64,000 nucleotides of DNA, taken from Utricularia gibba. Taxonomy: Eukaryota > Plantae > Magnoliophyta. Within the stretch, counting starts at the first letter, position 1; every line of letters begins with the position of its first letter. The notes beneath the pieces are model-generated. The model ran no database searches. It was given only the letters and a program-made list of their open reading frames with translations, and had not been told where the DNA came from. The stretch covers positions 2,542,001 through 2,606,000 of the forward strand of contig NEEC01000010.1 of NCBI GenBank assembly GCA_002189035.1, written 5' to 3'. The position numbers and the translations under genes were made by a program. This document shows, piece after piece, positions 63,409-64,000 of the stretch.

Positions 63409-64000
63409 GAGGGCGACCAAGGCCATGTGCAGGTGTCTCAAAGTGAAGGTGCGATGAGCAGCCATGGTGCTCATGTTCGCTGGCTTCATTCTGTGATCAC
63501 CTGCTTGCTACCTGCGCTTAATTCAAGCACATCCAGCAGTGTAAACATGTGATTTGGTGTTGCATTTTGTTTTGGTTTGAGAAAGATAGGGATGCCACCG
63601 AGTTCAACAACAGCCCACATGCAGTATCAATAGCTCAAAACTGATATCTATCTAAGCTGCATACTCATGATCTACTATGTAACAATGTCTAGATTCTTGT
63701 AGAAAGAACGATAGGGACTGAACCAGAGCTTTCTGAAAGATAAAGCTCTTCACTTTACACACGGATAAAAGATTCAGAGTGCTCCACAGACAGTAAAAGA
63801 GTGAAATGCATATATTCCCTTCCATCTTCTATATGATTTGCTCCCTTGTGAAAACGACAATGTACATATCCAGAACACTAAAGAACATAGCATCAGCCCT
63901 AAGGAATCGGTTTATCTCATCCCAACTCCAGGGTTTGGTTATACCCATCCTTGCTTGTATCTGATGAAGATATCCTCAGTTTGCGCATTTCTGTATGCGC

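Noticed and set aside
63890-64000. Open minus-strand frames entering from the right edge
   Set aside because: It may be the 3' end of a gene outside the window, but the frame and identity cannot be determined.

Overview
Gene-dense eudicot nuclear DNA. It holds 23 recognisable protein-coding genes in 64 kb (about 1 per 2.8 kb), many introns of 60-170 bp and AT-rich intergenic blocks of at most about 3 kb. A miniaturised Lamiales-type genome such as Lentibulariaceae is a plausible source, but this is inference only. Gene order: PBA1(+), APEM9(-), PME/PMEI-1(+), an orphan ORF(+), an intronless Snakin/GASA(-), PME/PMEI-2 and -3(+), pollen receptor-like kinase(-), 2xRRM glycine-rich protein(+), JAZ(+), small membrane protein(+), aleurain(+), OXS3-like(+), BAHD malonyltransferase-like(+), PPR EMB1025-like(-), RPS3(+), SAG12/SAG39-like cysteine protease(+), THO6(+), DnaJ-DUF3444(+), PPR(-), PAT17-like(-), At5g27290-like HEAGH protein(-), organellar RecA(+), YL1-like(+). 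I found no tRNA, rRNA, CRISPR array or intact transposon. Main observations: (1) five genes each carry a single-base deletion in a G/C run followed by A, most likely a systematic consensus error; (2) the JAZ protein has a degenerate COI1 degron (LPITRG instead of LPIARR); (3) an ORF-poor block has MIR159/319-like words; (4) an orphan hydrophobic ORF converges on the Snakin gene; (5) an LTR-end/PBS junction sits in the APEM9 promoter; (6) a splice-donor-containing duplication lies in a RecA intron. I cannot demonstrate a wholly new biological system from sequence alone. All gene names come from remembered family motifs, not from database searches.
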